From the NCBI RefSeq assembly GCF_006345805.1, contig NC_043004.1, forward strand, positions 101,556,001 through 101,620,000: 64,000 nt of DNA, given 5' to 3'. A program made the position numbers and the translations under genes. The notes below the pieces were generated by a model. That model had not been told where the DNA came from and made no database searches. It saw nothing but the letters and a program-made list of their open reading frames with translations. This DNA comes from Octopus sinensis (Eukaryota). Every line of letters begins with the position of its first letter. The first letter of the stretch is position 1. This document shows positions 1 to 14,056 of this stretch, in pieces.

Positions 1-1463
1 AAATAAAAATTATCTGATTGCGTGGTAAACCTTCATTTACTACTACCGCAATGCTTGTCCTCTTCTCTCTTCTATTTACCGCAAAAACTTGAAAGCTGTG
101 AACCAGACCGATTTGATGCACCTGCTCCTCTAATTCAAAACTTCATACATTTGGAATTCCTTTCCAGTTCACATCTCCCACACAAATATCAGTCTGTTCA
201 AGATGAACATATACTGGCTCGCATTGACTTCGTTAATGTAATGGTTTACAAGAAATCAATAAAAGAAGTTGGAACCAATGAACAGACTGACTGCTTTTTG
301 AAGTTACATCAGGTCTAATAAATTTCCAAGTTCCCTATACTAGTCTGCATATAATCTCTGCAATACTGAATCAATTTTCTACAGTGAATTTAGAGGAATA
401 TTGAAATTGTAACTACTTTCTTAGCACAAAATACCAAACTGATCAAGTCACAATGACATCAAAGTTTTTGGCTCTGAGATAAAATTAACTGCAGCATGTG
501 GGCACACAGTTATTGAGCAACTATTATCTTAATTCTTATAGAAATATAAATGCCTTAAGTTGCCAGAATTCAGTTACAAAGCAGAGCTCAAGAAATTTCT
601 TTTTTCTGTTGTTGAAAAATAATTTATTATCCAAAATACTTAGAATATTCCAAAAGAATGGAAAATAAAACTTATGAGATACAAATAAAATGATAAAAGC
701 AGAGACATTATCTCATAAATCAAGAAATATAAAATGAGAAAATTAAAAGAACAAGATGGAAGAATAAATAAAGTATGTTGGAAACATAATACACTTATTC
801 ATCAGCTATTCAAAACAGATTCTGTCTTGTTTAAGAACTAAAATGGATCATTAATGTTGGGTAAGTTATGTCTTAACAACAGTAAGTTTGGAAAGAATAA
901 AAAAAAAAGCTAAGAACAAACATTTTGGAAACAGAAATACATGTTCACATTTTTGAGTCAGCTTTACAATGTTTTGTGATTTATGACTCAGTATGTTTTT
1001 GAAATTCCATACAAGCTGTGGACGTTGCATTAGCAAAAATGGTAGTGCTTTTAGGCCCGTGTGTGTGAGTGAGTGAGAGAGAGAGAGGGATGTATGCCAT
1101 CATCTTATATTTATTTCAATCATTAGACTGTGGCCATGTTGGGGCACCAACTTGAAGTGTTTATAGTCAAACAAACTGGCCTCAGTCCTGATCTTGCACT
1201 GAGTTGACATTGTCTGTCTTACAACTTCTTTAACAGCTTTCGTTGTTGAGTAGTTCAAATCTTGATTGACCAGACACTTAGCCTTGGATGCAGCCACTAA
1301 CACAGAGGATATTGTGACATGCTGAAATGCATATAACTTTCATCAGCATTATATTGTACCTAGAACCTTTGATTCAGATTGCCAGACATAGCTAAGTGAT
1401 TATAAGCTCATCTATTACCAACGCTATTGTATCTATGGTGAAGATACACACCTCTTAATGACT

Positions 1464-1852
1464 GGGATGGATGGAAGCACTCCATCGGTTACGACGACGA
1501 GGGTTCCGGTTGATCCGAATCAACGGAACAGCCTGCTCGTGAAATTAACGTGTAAGTGGCTGAGCACTCCACAGACACGTGTACCCTTAACGTAGTTCTC
1601 GGGGATATTCAGCGTGACACAGAGAGTGACAAGGCCGGCCCTTTGAAATACAGGTACAACAGAAAAAGGAAGTAAGAGTGAGAGAAAGTTGTGGTGAAAG
1701 AGTACAGCAGGGATCACCACCATCCCCTGCCGGAGCCTCGTGGAGCTTTAGGTGTTTTCGCTCAATAAACACTCACAACGCCCAGTCTGGGAATTGAAAC
1801 CATGATCCTATGACCGCGAGTCCGCTGCCCTAACCACTGGGCCATTGCGCCT
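1464..1852 (-). mobile_element. Young tRNA-derived SINE (family C)
   Basis: tRNA-like head GGAGGCGCAATGGCCCAGTGGTTAGGGCAGCGGACTCGCGG on minus; 13-bp TSD cctcttaatgact (1451-1463 / 1853-1865); near-identical to the 30816 and 50953 copies. Confidence 0.92.
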
Positions 1853-2309
1853 CCTCTTAATGACTAAGTCTATTTAACTCGAAATTAATAGCAAAGGGTA
1901 GTGTATTTTAGCACCTTATGCAATGGCAGCACTAACTGGCTTTTGGTGCTGGGTTCAATTTCTCTTCTAAGATACATTACTTGCGATGCTTCAGCATCCT
2001 ATCCAACAGACTTTTCTCCCCTCTTAGTGTACCTGCAGAAAACCAAGCATCATCAGAAACTCAGAGTGATATACAAACACCTTTATGCTCACAATTAAAT
2101 ATATCTGTAGGTTAAAGTAAAAAGAAAACGGTGTCGTTTTTTTTTCCAAGTAATGACATCTACTTTAAAACTGGCAAAGACTTAATGATCACTGTCCTGA
2201 AATGCCACATAGTTAACAACCACATTGAATAGTGAGACCAAGACCATGTTCAAGTATGACATTCATAAAATGCAGAGCAACAGGTTTGAATGAGGTCAAC
2301 TGCTTAGAG

Positions 2310-2510
2310 CAGTGGTTTTCAACCAGGGTTCCTCCAGTACAGTCCAGGGGCTCCGCAAGAAGTTACAAAACTGCTAAAATCAGCAGTAATTTTTAATTCC
2401 CCTGTGCAGATATGTGTGCATAAAACTATTAAATTATTGCACAGGGGTTCCTCGAGCCAGTGGAATGTTTCCTTGGGGTTCCGCCCCAGCAAAATGTTTG
2501 AAAAGCACTG
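2310..2510. mobile_element. hAT-type MITE
   Basis: TIRs CAGTGGTTTTCAA / TTGAAAAGCACTG; perfect 8-bp TSD gcttagag (2302-2309 / 2511-2518). Confidence 0.9.
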
Positions 2511-2944
2511 GCTTAGAGCATTGATAAATTTTTTGTTCATTAACAACAAGTCCAGTCGAGGTAAAACTATGTGGTTATGAGTTCTGTTTTTGGTAGGCCA
2601 ACAGTAGGACAGCATTTAGAAAGAATTTTACATTTTGGAGATTACAATTTAGACAAAAACCGCATTTGCCAACATTCTAAACCCCTTTTATTAGTTTAGA
2701 ATGCAAAATGAATAAAATAATTTCTCTGATGATACACATTGACAGAACAGTTTCTTTTTGTGTCAATACACATTTATATACCTTACTTCATATACTATAC
2801 CTGGATTGATTTAAATTTTTACAAGGATCACAGTAAAACTACAAAAATTATACTGTTGAGTCAATGGATTAAAACAATGAAGCCTTAGGTAGCAAAACCG
2901 AATCACAGACTGATATTGCTGGACTAATAAACGTATTTCTTTAC

Positions 2945-3128
2945 CTAAAGATGCTAGCATGTCATGGAGATCTTCTTTGTCAATTAGTCCATCTTTGTTT
3001 TGGTCTATCATATTGAAAGCTTCTTTAAATTCCTGAATTTGAGCTTGATCAAACATAGCAAAGACATTTGAGGTCGCACGTTGTGCCCTCTTCTTTGTCG
3101 TCTTTCCTTTGGCTTTACGGCTCGACAT
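2945..3128 (-). CDS. Myosin regulatory light chain (non-muscle/smooth type, MYL9/MYL12/sqh-like), first coding exon; later exons lie left of the window
   Basis: Translates [62 protein letters not shown], with the [10 protein letters not shown] Thr/Ser phosphorylation motif and EF-hand [12 protein letters not shown]. Acceptor ttctactttcag ends at 3133, 4 nt before the ATG; phase-1 donor G|gtaaag at 2945/2944. Confidence 0.96.
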
Positions 3129-4223
3129 TTTGCTGAAAGTAGAAAGAAAAATATAAGAAAATCATTTTCAATATGAGAACAGGAATCCTAATATTCATAT
3201 TTTTCTCAACATATATTTTTCACAAATTTCTTTTGAGATTATATTTTTTCTGATGTTTCATATTGGCAGTTCTTTACATTTTCTTTTCTTTTGTAAAATA
3301 AGATTTGAATGGATGAACAAATGGTCAGTATCTTAATTTCATTCCCTACTAATTTAAACTTCAGTAAAAGTACTTTACATTTATCTATAACAATATTCAC
3401 AGTAAACTTGTTTTTCTATGCATGCAAATCTTTTTCTCTCTCATCATTAAATCCAAACCACTACAAAAATGGTATGGATTTTTAAACCAAAGAATTTCGA
3501 AGGCTGCCTCAAAATAATTACTAGGCCTTGAGTTGCTCTTTACATAGCAACTGGTATCCTGTGTTAGATAACACTCCATCTCATCTGTGAAGATGTGGAA
3601 CAACATTTAATAGTCTGTTTCATATTAGCTGTGAGTAACTAAATGTTTCTCATTTTGACATTTATTGCAGAATTTAAAAAATACACAATAAAGAGAAATT
3701 TTGTTTTTTATATACCAGAAAAATATTTGTTATAAATGGTAAAAATATAAAGTTTATCTTCAAACCAGATCACCTAATAGTTAGTTAGTTAGTTAGTTAA
3801 TTTGTTGGCTCAAAAAGCAAAAAGCAAGGCCATGTAGGGGGGCATGGAATTATGTACAGGGTGGTGTTCATGTAAAGTATCTATTCAACCACCAGTTAAA
3901 ATTTCACACTAATCTTAACCTCTCTTGCTTTTCATTAAATGCTGACAATGTCTCATCAAAATACTCTTCCATGTTCACATGATTTGGGTGGTTCTGGGGG
4001 AGCTTCTATGTGATCCCTCAGTTTGCTAGAAATATCAACCATAGACAACATTAGACAATGCAGTCCTTGACATAAAAAAAAAAATAATGGTATGGTTACT
4101 ACTGAAGGTATTTTATATCAACATCTGCTGAATTAAAACTGATCTAGGTTAAACAACAACAACAACAACAAAATGTGAGCAGTGACTTTGTTTTTTGTTC
4201 TTGATAGCCAAAAGTAATTATAC

Positions 4224-4893
4224 ATCATCATCATCGTTGTTTAACATCTGTTTTCCATGCTAGTATGGGTTGGACGGTTCGACCGGGGTCTGGGAAGCCA
4301 GAAGGCTGCACCAAGCTCCATTCTGATCTGGCAGTGTTTCTACAGCTGGATGCCCTTCCTAATGCCAACCACTCTGTGAGTGTAGTGGGTGCTTTTTATG
4401 TGCCACTGGCACAGGGGCCAGGGGAGGCTGGCAAACGGCCACGATCGATTGGTGCTTTTACGTTGTCACCGACACGGACGCCAGTCAGGTGGCGCTGGCA
4501 TCAGCCACGTTCGGATGGTGCTTTTTACGTGTCACCGGCACGGGTATCTTAACTACAATTTCCATTTGATTTTCATTTTGATGTTGGTGTTGACGTACTT
4601 GACTCAATAGGTTTCCTCAAGAACAGCGGGTCACTCTACGATCCAAGGTTAGCACAGCAGGCCGTCCTGCAAGCCATGGACTCACTTCATTTGTCGGGTC
4701 TTCACAGTCACAGCATATCTCAAAGGTCTCTGTCATTTCCTCTGTGAGGCCCTACGTGCTACCGGCATGGGTATCACAACTACAATATCCATTTGATTTT
4801 TATTCTGATGTTGATGTACTTGACTCAATAGGTCTCCTCAAGCACAGCAGGCCATCCTGCAAGCCATGAACTCACTTCATTTGTCGGGTCTTC
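4224..4893 (-). mobile_element. 5'-truncated RTE-A LINE 3' end with a duplicated 3' UTR segment
   Basis: (CAT)n tail then ...ggatgcccttcctaatgccaacc..., same as the 3' UTR at 43600-43780; 4540-4700 is partly repeated at 4770-4893. Confidence 0.75.
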
Positions 4894-5345
4894 GAAAGGA
4901 GATAATCCTTTCTGTTACAGGTACAAGACCTAAAATTTGTGGGGAGGGGGCTAGTCAATTACACTGATCCCAGTACTTGACTGGTCCTTATTTCATTGAT
5001 CCTGAAAGGATGAAAGGTAAAGCTGACCTTGGTGGCATTTGAACTCAGAATATAAAAATAGATGAAATGCTGCTAATGATTCTGCCAGCTTGCTGTCTTA
5101 TATGTAGAAAATAATATTATCAATTAACTTTGTTCTATTTTATTGATATTCTATTCCAAAACAAGACTCAACTCAATCGAAACTGCTAATTAGAAAAGTC
5201 AGTGCTTAATACATTCATCATCTGATTTCTGATAAATATCTGTGTATTCATCTAAATTACCTCTGAAAATAATCAAAAAATTGGAGGACCAAATGTGTTA
5301 GCATTTCATGTTCCATTCTGAGACCTTGTACACAAAATATTGAAA

Positions 5346-5542
5346 TTGTTTCAGTCATTTGACTGTGGCCATGCTGGAGCACCACATTTAGTTGAGCAAA
5401 TCGACCCTAGGACTTATTCTTTGTAAGCCTACTACTTATTCTATCGGTCTCTTTTGCCGAACTGCTAAGTCACGGGGATGTAAACACACCAGCATTGGTT
5501 GTCAAGCGATGTTGGTGGGGACAAACACAGACGTGCAAACAT

Positions 5543-5596
<54 letters not shown>

Positions 5597-5752
5597 GACA
5601 GGCTTCTTTTAGTTTCCATCAGCCAAATCCACTCACAAGCTTTGGTCAGTCTGAGGCTATAGTAGAAGACACTTGCCCAAGATGCCACGCAGTGAGACTG
5701 AACCCGGAACCATGTGGTTCGTAAGCAAGCTACTTACCACACAGTCACTCCT
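5346..5752 (-). mobile_element. Composite tRNA/CORE-like SINE (family A)
   Basis: Head gagtgactgtgtggtaag...ttgggcaagtgtcttctactatag on minus, central (CA)n(TA)n, tail ...gactgaaacaa; more than 13 copies in the window. Confidence 0.9.
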
Positions 5753-8245
5753 ACACCTATTTACACTACATTTTACAGAGAACAAATGTAAAACAATTGC
5801 ATTGATAAATTTTTACTGTTATTCAATCTATCTTACATGTATTTCATTAACAATATGTAAAGACAGTTTTAATTTAAATACAAACATTTTAAGATAACAT
5901 TTTGCTATCTTAGAACCAGAAGTAATCTCGCTGATGGTATCAAATGATACCAATACTGTTCTTCTGATCAAAGAATAATTTCATGGTTGAAAGATCCTTT
6001 CAGTAATAGCAACAGCCATTCAACCTCAGTCTGAATGTGAAATATTTCTTTTTCATTGATAAATTCGTCCTTTAAATCAAACGATGAGTCAATCAGAGGA
6101 TAGGCTGTCTGATTGAGTGATTCATCTTTATGAGTGACCAACTGAAGCATCCTGATTTTAGGCATGAGGATAGAGATTCATAGATATACATATGCACGCA
6201 TGCACAGCATCATATCAAGATGCTTCTCCATCTTATGGAAAAACAAAAACAGTCAGCAATATAACAACAATAAGCAAGTAAAGCCAGGACCAAAAGTATT
6301 CACCATAATTACTGTTTCCCTTAAAAGCGATGCAGTAAATGTTATATAACACACATAATAATTATACACAAACTTAAACCTACATAAGGCCAGGTTTATC
6401 TTCAATATCTCTCTCCCACTGTTATCTATACCCTCATTCATGTTCAGATCACCTAACCCATCAACCACAAACACAATGGGAACAGTACATGGAGTTGATA
6501 ATAAATCAGTTTTTCTATTTATTTAAGCTGGACATCAAGTACATAAAACAAGCAAAAACCAGTATCAATACTAACAATATATCAATAAAGGCAGAATTCA
6601 TTCATTTCCAATGAATAAATATATAAATAAACAGAATCACTCACTCAACCAAAGCAAAGCTGAAAGTTAAGTGACACAATGAACTAATGAGGTAGCTATG
6701 TTTTATGAATGACTAACTAACCCACTTCCCGTTCCCTGATATCTCACCACCATGCTGGCTTGTTATGAATCACTCACACAACTCTTTACATTCTTGATCA
6801 TAAATGGAAATTCTCAAGCTAGTTCACTTGCTGTTAACAAGTCAAATATAGCTTCATTCAGATGCAGCTGATTTACCATGACTCTTTATGTAACAGACTT
6901 CAAGAGGGAAGTAGTGATAAGGGAGAAAAAAAAAAATGCTATGTCAACTGTTGATTTCATTAAACACAAGATCAGTTGTTTTAGGCAAGAATATATTGTC
7001 TAGACCACTGAACCAATCTTTGTAGGTTATTAGTATTTTTTGGAGGGGAGCTGGTTGATTCAAGTGGGGACTGAAGAAAATTGTAATCATCAAGGTTATT
7101 TCACTTTGACATCTACATTTTTTTGATTGCACAAACTGGATGATCTTGCATTCAAACATCTTGAGATTTTATCTCACAGCTTCCGTGTATGTCTTATTCT
7201 GCAACAGACACCTTCCTCTATCATTACATCCACTACAGTACAATACTGCTAATGAAATACACAGCATATGAGCTTCAACAAATTAAAGAAGTTTAGTGAA
7301 TGAACTATTTTCATAATTAAGATGCTGTTTGGAACAATGAAAATTTGCACCGGTTATTATAAACCCCAATTACACACAGAAAAAAGCAATGCGGTCACTG
7401 ATATGACTTGAACCTTGTATCAAACAGTTGCTGGGTGACTGTGTAACTGATTACTCTACAGAGCACTGGCTGCTATTCAGTCTTCTCACATTAATCACAA
7501 ATATATTTTCATAAGTATTTCTGCCAACCAAAGAAAAAATCCATTGCAGGATGGAGTAACAGCAGATATTTTGCAAAAGATGGTGAACAGCGATGCATTA
7601 TTCAAATTACATCAGCAGGGGCTACTGAACTTTGTTGTCTCAAATGGTATTTATAATTCCTAATATTAATTGAATTGAAATTTAAACAGCTAAAACATGG
7701 CATTTTACAACCATATTTTTAATAAAATACACCTTCTGAATACTTTAATTTACTTAAAAAAATAGTCCTAAATTTGCAAAGATAAAAGTAGAATAACAAA
7801 TTTTACAATAGTATTTAGAATATAACAAAAGTTTCTTTACATTAAAGTATTTGTGATGGAAGGTTTAAATTCAAATCTGAACATTTTAACATAGAAGATT
7901 TTGTATCACAAAAACTGATGAAGTTCTCAGGTTGCTATCAAAGGTTCTTACATAAAATCATGACAGAAGGCTTAAATACAAATATGAGCATGTTCACATT
8001 GGTGATATTGAGTAACAATCAGGACAAGGCAGTTTGGTATCAACAAACTACTAAAATGACTATTTTTTCATGAAACAACTGATCCATTTTGGAAGCAAAG
8101 AAACACATTTACTCAACACAAATTTATTATTATCAATAAATAAAAGTTAACTATGGTGGAATTTAAACTTGGGACCAGACTTCCAAGTCCTTCATGTCCA
8201 AGATTTTTAAGAAACCTGTTAGTTTTGTCAATATTTATTCACTAT

Positions 8246-8462
8246 TAAGGCAGCAAGCTGGCAGAAATGTTAGCACGCCGGGCTAAATGCTTAGCAGTAT
8301 TTCGCCTATCTTTACATTCTGAGTTCAAATTCTGCTGATGTTGACTTTGCATTTCATCCTTTTGGGGTCGATGAATTATGTACCATTTGTGTACTGGAGG
8401 ATCGATCTTATCGACTGGCCTCTCCCCAAAAATTTGTGCCTTGTGCCTAGAGTAGAAGAGAA
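8246..8462 (+). mobile_element. tRNA-derived SINE family B
   Basis: aggcagcaagctggcagaaatgttagc head; central ctttgcatttcatccttttggggtcgat. Confidence 0.85.
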
Positions 8463-9099
8463 TATTCATTTTCTATATAAACCCAACAGCATTTGTAGAA
8501 TTTCACTTGGATAGGACATCACTATCATCTTTTAATATCCACTTTTCCAAGCTTTCCGTGATCAGATGGAATTTGTTGAGGCAAATATTCTATAGCCACA
8601 TGAATTTCCTGTGGCTCACCCTCGCTTGTTTCAAAGCAAGGTGGTATTTCCCATGCTCAGACATGTCTTTCATGAAAGACTGGAAATGAACAGCACCACT
8701 TGTATGATGGTGCTACTCATTTACAACCACCGTGTGACATCAGGACAAGAGTACACAGATAGACACACACACACACACGCACATATATTTGCCAACCAAA
8801 TCCATTCATAAGGCTATGGTTGGCCCAGGGTTGTAGTAGAAGACATTTGACCAAGGTACTGCACAGTAAGATTGAGCCCAAGACACATGGTCAAAAAGCA
8901 TGCTTCTTAGCCACACATCAACGCCTGCACCTAGATTTAATATCTAGATTGGAATTCAGTCTTTGATTTGTTTACAGAAAACTTGTCATAGATTTTGCTG
9001 AATAATGTGAAGGATGGTAAACACTGTCTATTATGTATGCCACTAGGAAATATGCATATGGTAAGAGTAAGATTTAATGCATGTGCACATGTGTGAAGT

Positions 9100-9375
9100 G
9101 GAGGCACATGGCCTAGTGGTTAGAGCAGCAGACTCGCAGTCGAGGGATTGCGGGTTCAAATCTCAGACCAGGCGATGTGTGTTTATGAGTGAAACACCTA
9201 ATCTCCACGCAGCTCTGGCAGAAGGTAATGGCGAACTTCTACTGACTCTTTCGCCATAACTTTCTCTCATTCTTTCCTCCTGCATCTTGCAGCTCACCTG
9301 TGATGGACTGGCGTCCCGTCCAGGTGGGGAACCTATACGCAAAGGAAACTGGCCCTTATGAGCCAAGTGTGGATC
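9100..9375 (+). mobile_element. tRNA-derived SINE sharing the family C head with a different 3' half
   Basis: Head ggaggcacatggcctagtggttagagcagcagactcgcag; 3' part gatggactggcgtcccgtccagg...ggaaactggcccttatgagcc. Confidence 0.75.
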
Positions 9376-10183
9376 GAGAAGAAACAAACAACATGTGTGA
9401 AAGTGTATATATCCTCCTCATCATCATCATCATTTTAACATCCACTTTTCCATGCTTGCATGGGTTGGAAGGAGTTTATTGAAACAGTTTTTCCATGGTA
9501 AGATGTCCTTCCTGCCACCAACCCTCACCTGTTTCCAAACAAGGTAATATCCCCATATCATCAGAAATGTTCTTGCAGAATATTGGAAATGATTGATAGT
9601 TCTAGTGTGACACTGACACTCATTTACAATTAACACATGACACCAAGAACAGGATGCACACACACACACACACCATCTATCAAATTCACTCAAAGGCTTT
9701 GGTTAGCTTGGAGCTATAGTAGAATATATTTTCCCAAGCTGTCTTGCATACACACAAACACACACACGTATGTTTCTACAAAGAAATAATATACTCGAGT
9801 GTGTATATAAATATATATAACTAAAGAGAATATATTTGAACAGATGATGCACATATAAAGGTATAGATATAATATAAACATTGTTCACTCTGATGAATGG
9901 TTTGACTGGCTGGTGCTTCATTCTGTTATAGGACATGAAACACAAGGGACAAAAATTTACCTGGATAGGATGCTAGCTATTGCAGATAACATTCCTAGAT
10001 TGATTTGGTACCTATTTCCCAACAGCCAGGAAAAAAGAGACAATGCAGAAGTGTCCCTGCAGCAGGACTGAACTCACAACTAAAGTGTAGCTAGCACAAC
10101 ACCTTATCTACTCAGTCATCTTGCTTCTACTATGGTACATAGAGTTCAATGGAGCAGAATTTTTATAATTATAAAAGGTGTGG

Positions 10184-10680
10184 CTGTGTGGTTAAGAAGT
10201 TAGCTTCCCAACCATGTGTTTCTGGGTTCAGTCTCAAAGTATGGTACCTTGGGCAAGTGTCTTATACTATAGCCAACCAAAATGCAAATATATGGGAAAC
10301 TACCACCTGTGTCATCTCTTGTGAAAGGTAGGAGAGTCCAGTTTGCTGGACATTGTTGTAGAGCTGAAAACGAGGCAATTTCTACTCTTCTCCCCTGGAA
10401 GCCATCTACTCGCAATGCCAGAAGGCACACACTCTCCTACCCTGATGTAATCTTCAGTGATACAGGCATCCAGCAACAGGACCTCCGTAATGCTATGATG
10501 GACCGTGACGTCTGGCGTAGCATGGTAAATTCCATTGTCTCGACCACGGTCGAACAATGATGATGATGATAGCCAATACTAACTGAAGCCTTGTGAATGA
10601 ATCTGGTGGACTGAAATTGAGAAGTCCATCACGTACACATGTATGTAGGTATATGTATATGTGTGTACCCTTGTCTTCAC
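10184..10680 (+). mobile_element. Old family A SINE head interrupted by an RTE-B 3' fragment
   Basis: SINE sequence resumes after the insertion; TSD atagccaa at 10269-10276 / 10569-10576. Confidence 0.8.
10277..10568 (+). mobile_element. RTE-B LINE 3' fragment
   Basis: Encodes ...GRRVQFAGHCCRAENEAISTLLPWKP...DRDVWRSMVNSIVSTTVEQ*, then a (GAT)n tail; near-identical to 41680-41980. Confidence 0.9.
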
Positions 10681-13600
10681 ATCATATGGTTATTGTAGAT
10701 GTGCATTGCCATCATGCAAGTGAGTCTTCATTTCCAGTCTTCCATGGAAAACACGTTTGACCACAGGGAAATATTACCTTACTTGGAAACTTATAAAGTT
10801 GGATGACAGGAAGGGTATCCGGCCATGGAAAATCTGCATCAACAAATTCTGTCCAGCCTCTGCAAGCATGGAAAAGTGGCCATTAAACAATGCTGTTGAT
10901 GATGATGATGATGATACTCAACAGTTGCTATCTGCTGACAGGATGCCCATATTTCACTTCAACTATTGCAACATTAGTCATTTTACCAACAAAATGGCTT
11001 TTCATGCCTACCTCTCTTTCACGCACATGCAACAAATATGAAAAAAAACCAATTGCATAAAAAGCATACACACAAACACACCAATAAAATCATACATACA
11101 CAAACACCCGAGACAAAAAACTTGTAAGTGGGAAGTGAAAAAAGATACGAAAAAAAAAATTGAGAATAGAAGAAACGTTACAAAAATGGAAAGGAACATT
11201 ATAGTTGCACACCATCTACGTTATGACTTTTGGATCGGTCTGAGCAACTTCCTGTTCAGAAATTCAATCATCAAAAGGAAGCTGGAGCACTTCTGGCAAG
11301 TGCTGTGAAATTTCAATACCTTTTGAAATGACTAAAAAAATAAGAGGAATACATAATAATGATGTGGTGAGGCAGACGTACCAACACTTAGCACAGTTTT
11401 GCAGTAATGTTGCAACTGTAATTCTTTTTAGTCAGCAACGTATGTAAAATTTCTGCCAATGATGTTAAACCACCACTTTCACACTCTACATCACTAATCC
11501 CCATATTCTTTCTTACCGATTGTTGGCTGCGTAATGAAAGGAATCTGTAGAAAACATTTCTCTCTTTTCAAATTCAGCCACTTCTGCTCCAATAAAATCT
11601 CAATTTAAGGTAAGTGGAAATCTTCCAAACACATACACACACTTATTAAAATAAGTCTGCCTAAATTATCCATTTGGCATAACAGCAGGAAAAAGAAAAC
11701 AATAAATGCTGAAGAGATGACAGATAATTAATTTTTTGTTGTACAATTTACATTTGGAATGGTGAAATGTTTAAATAAAAGCAACACTTATGAGCATAAT
11801 AAAATACCTCACTGAGATATTGTTAGCATTCCAATGCAAAGTTTACAGTTATAAAAACAACAGCTTTGCAATGTGTATAACTTCACATGGTGCCACATGG
11901 AAGGACTCACCTTGTCAAAAATACAGTTTTAACAAGCTAACATACAGATATGAAAATACTGAGGGCATATATAAGACACACACACTGTTATAACCACAAT
12001 GCATTAGTGTTTTAAGTCAATAAACCTCCTTATTCGATTTGGTTTACAGATGAAGCAAATAGCTGTTGATTAGCCATAGGGCAACACTAACTGAACATTA
12101 CAAAAACCTGTGTTCAAAAACTATAACAATCCCAACTTTTTCTCAGGGATTGCCTTTCTAGGAAGGTTACATTATCCAACATGTCTCTCACATTTCAGGG
12201 TAGAATGTGATAAAATAAAAATGTACATGCCAAAAACAGAAAAGTAAAATGGCCAAGTTGAAAAAAAGGTATTGAGGTATTAACTCATGGCTGTAACTTT
12301 ATATCTCATAGTAAGAGTTTAGTTGTTTCTTTGAGCAAAACAATCTATATACCTCAGTATACTGAGTGAAGAGAATAACTGTTTAGGGAAATTTTTCCTG
12401 AGCCAACAGACTAGCCTCCTTAACAGAACAGAAATATATAGAACACTATTCTTTATAAACCCTTTAAAATGAGTAAGGAAATGGTTTCAAGATTCATATC
12501 AAATATCACTGATTTGGTAATGGATGACACAATTCATTTCTTATACAACAACGATTGAGTTTCTGACCTTACTTAGCAGTGCCTTGTTACGTCTCAAAGA
12601 GATATATCAACAGCAGCAAACTGAATTCAAACAGAGTAGAGTGTTACATACGTAATATTGAGAGTTGGGAATTTTTGATCAGTTGTGGTTAACAGAACAA
12701 CAGGGAGCTAAAACTCAAAGAGGCGTTTAGAATCTTGAAATTTGGACAGTATAAACTAGATATGCTCCAATTTGCATCATCATCATTTAATGTCTGCTCT
12801 TCCATGCTTGCATGGGGCAGAAGGTATTTAGTGAAGCAGATATTTCTACAGCTGGATGCTCTTCTTATTGCCAAGCCTCAGTGGTTTCCAAATAAGGTAA
12901 TATTTCCCCACAACCAAACATACATTTCATGGAACACTGGAAGTAAACAACCTTGTCTGTATGACAATTATGCCCATTTATAACAATTTTGTGATATCTA
13001 GACAAGGATACACACAAACACACATCTCCCTACCCTCTCTCTTGCCCTTTATACATATCTGCTATATAGGTTATACATACATACACACAAACACAGGACA
13101 GACTTTTTTTCAGTTTCTGTATGCAAATCAACTCAGAAGGCTTTGGTCAGCCCAGAGCTATAGAAGAAGACACTTGACCAAGGTGCCATGCAGTAGGACT
13201 GAAACCAAGACCATGTGGCTGGGAAACAGTATTCTTAACCACACAGCCATGCCTGTGCCTACAATCTCTAATAATTTCTGACAACTGATCATATTGAAAT
13301 TATCTTACTTGCTTATTATTTTGGGATTTTAAACACTCCTAGAGGGATTTTGTTAACCTAAGGAGCCTCCATCAATCACAGTTGACCATGCATCTACACA
13401 TGTATGTGCAGGCCTGGGCAACATTTATATGTTTTGAAGACAACTGGCAGTTGCCCAAGCATGCAAGTTTCCCCACTTTATGTCACTAATGTTTATCCAA
13501 AAGGAAGGTTACCAACTTGGGTTAGGACCTATACAGCTTAGCATCAGTGTTGTCACAGGTTAAAACAGTAAAGTTAATTACAACGGGATTTAAACCCAAA

Positions 13601-13720
13601 ATGTAAACCTGAGATGATTAAATACTGCACAACATTTAGCGCTACATTCTGTCATTTCTACACAAGGAAATAGTGATATAATTAAACACTGACTTATTAA
13701 TTTAGAAATTAAACTTCACA

Positions 13721-14056
13721 GAGTGGCTGTGTGGTAAGTAGCTTGCTTACGAACCACATGGTTCCGGGTTCAGTCCCATTGCGTGACACCTAGGGCAAGT
13801 GTCTTCTACTATAGCCTTGGGCCGACCAAAGCCTTTTGAGTGAATTTGGTAGATGGAAACTGAAAGAAGCCCATCGTATATATGTATATATATGCATGTG
13901 TGTGTGTGTATATATTTTGTGTGTCTGTGTTTGTCCCCTCCAACATTGCTTGACAACCGATGCTGGTGTGTTTACGTCCCCGTAACTCAGTGGTTCGGCT
14001 AAAGAGACCAATAGAATAAGTACTAGGCTTCCAAAGAATAAGTCTTGGGGGTAATT
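13721..14056 (+). mobile_element. Family A SINE, 3'-truncated
   Basis: gagtggctgtgtggtaagtagc head, microsatellite core, second half ends near 14056. Confidence 0.88.

Noticed and set aside
22-318. 98-aa ORF
   Set aside because: GTG start, no recognisable domain, no supporting splice pattern.
2811-2944. C-terminal 44 aa of the 105-aa ORF
   Set aside because: Read-through into the intron after the phase-1 donor at 2945.
1-2944. Next myosin RLC exon (G..PTD....APGPINFTMFL)
   Set aside because: Not found on the minus strand; presumably left of the window.
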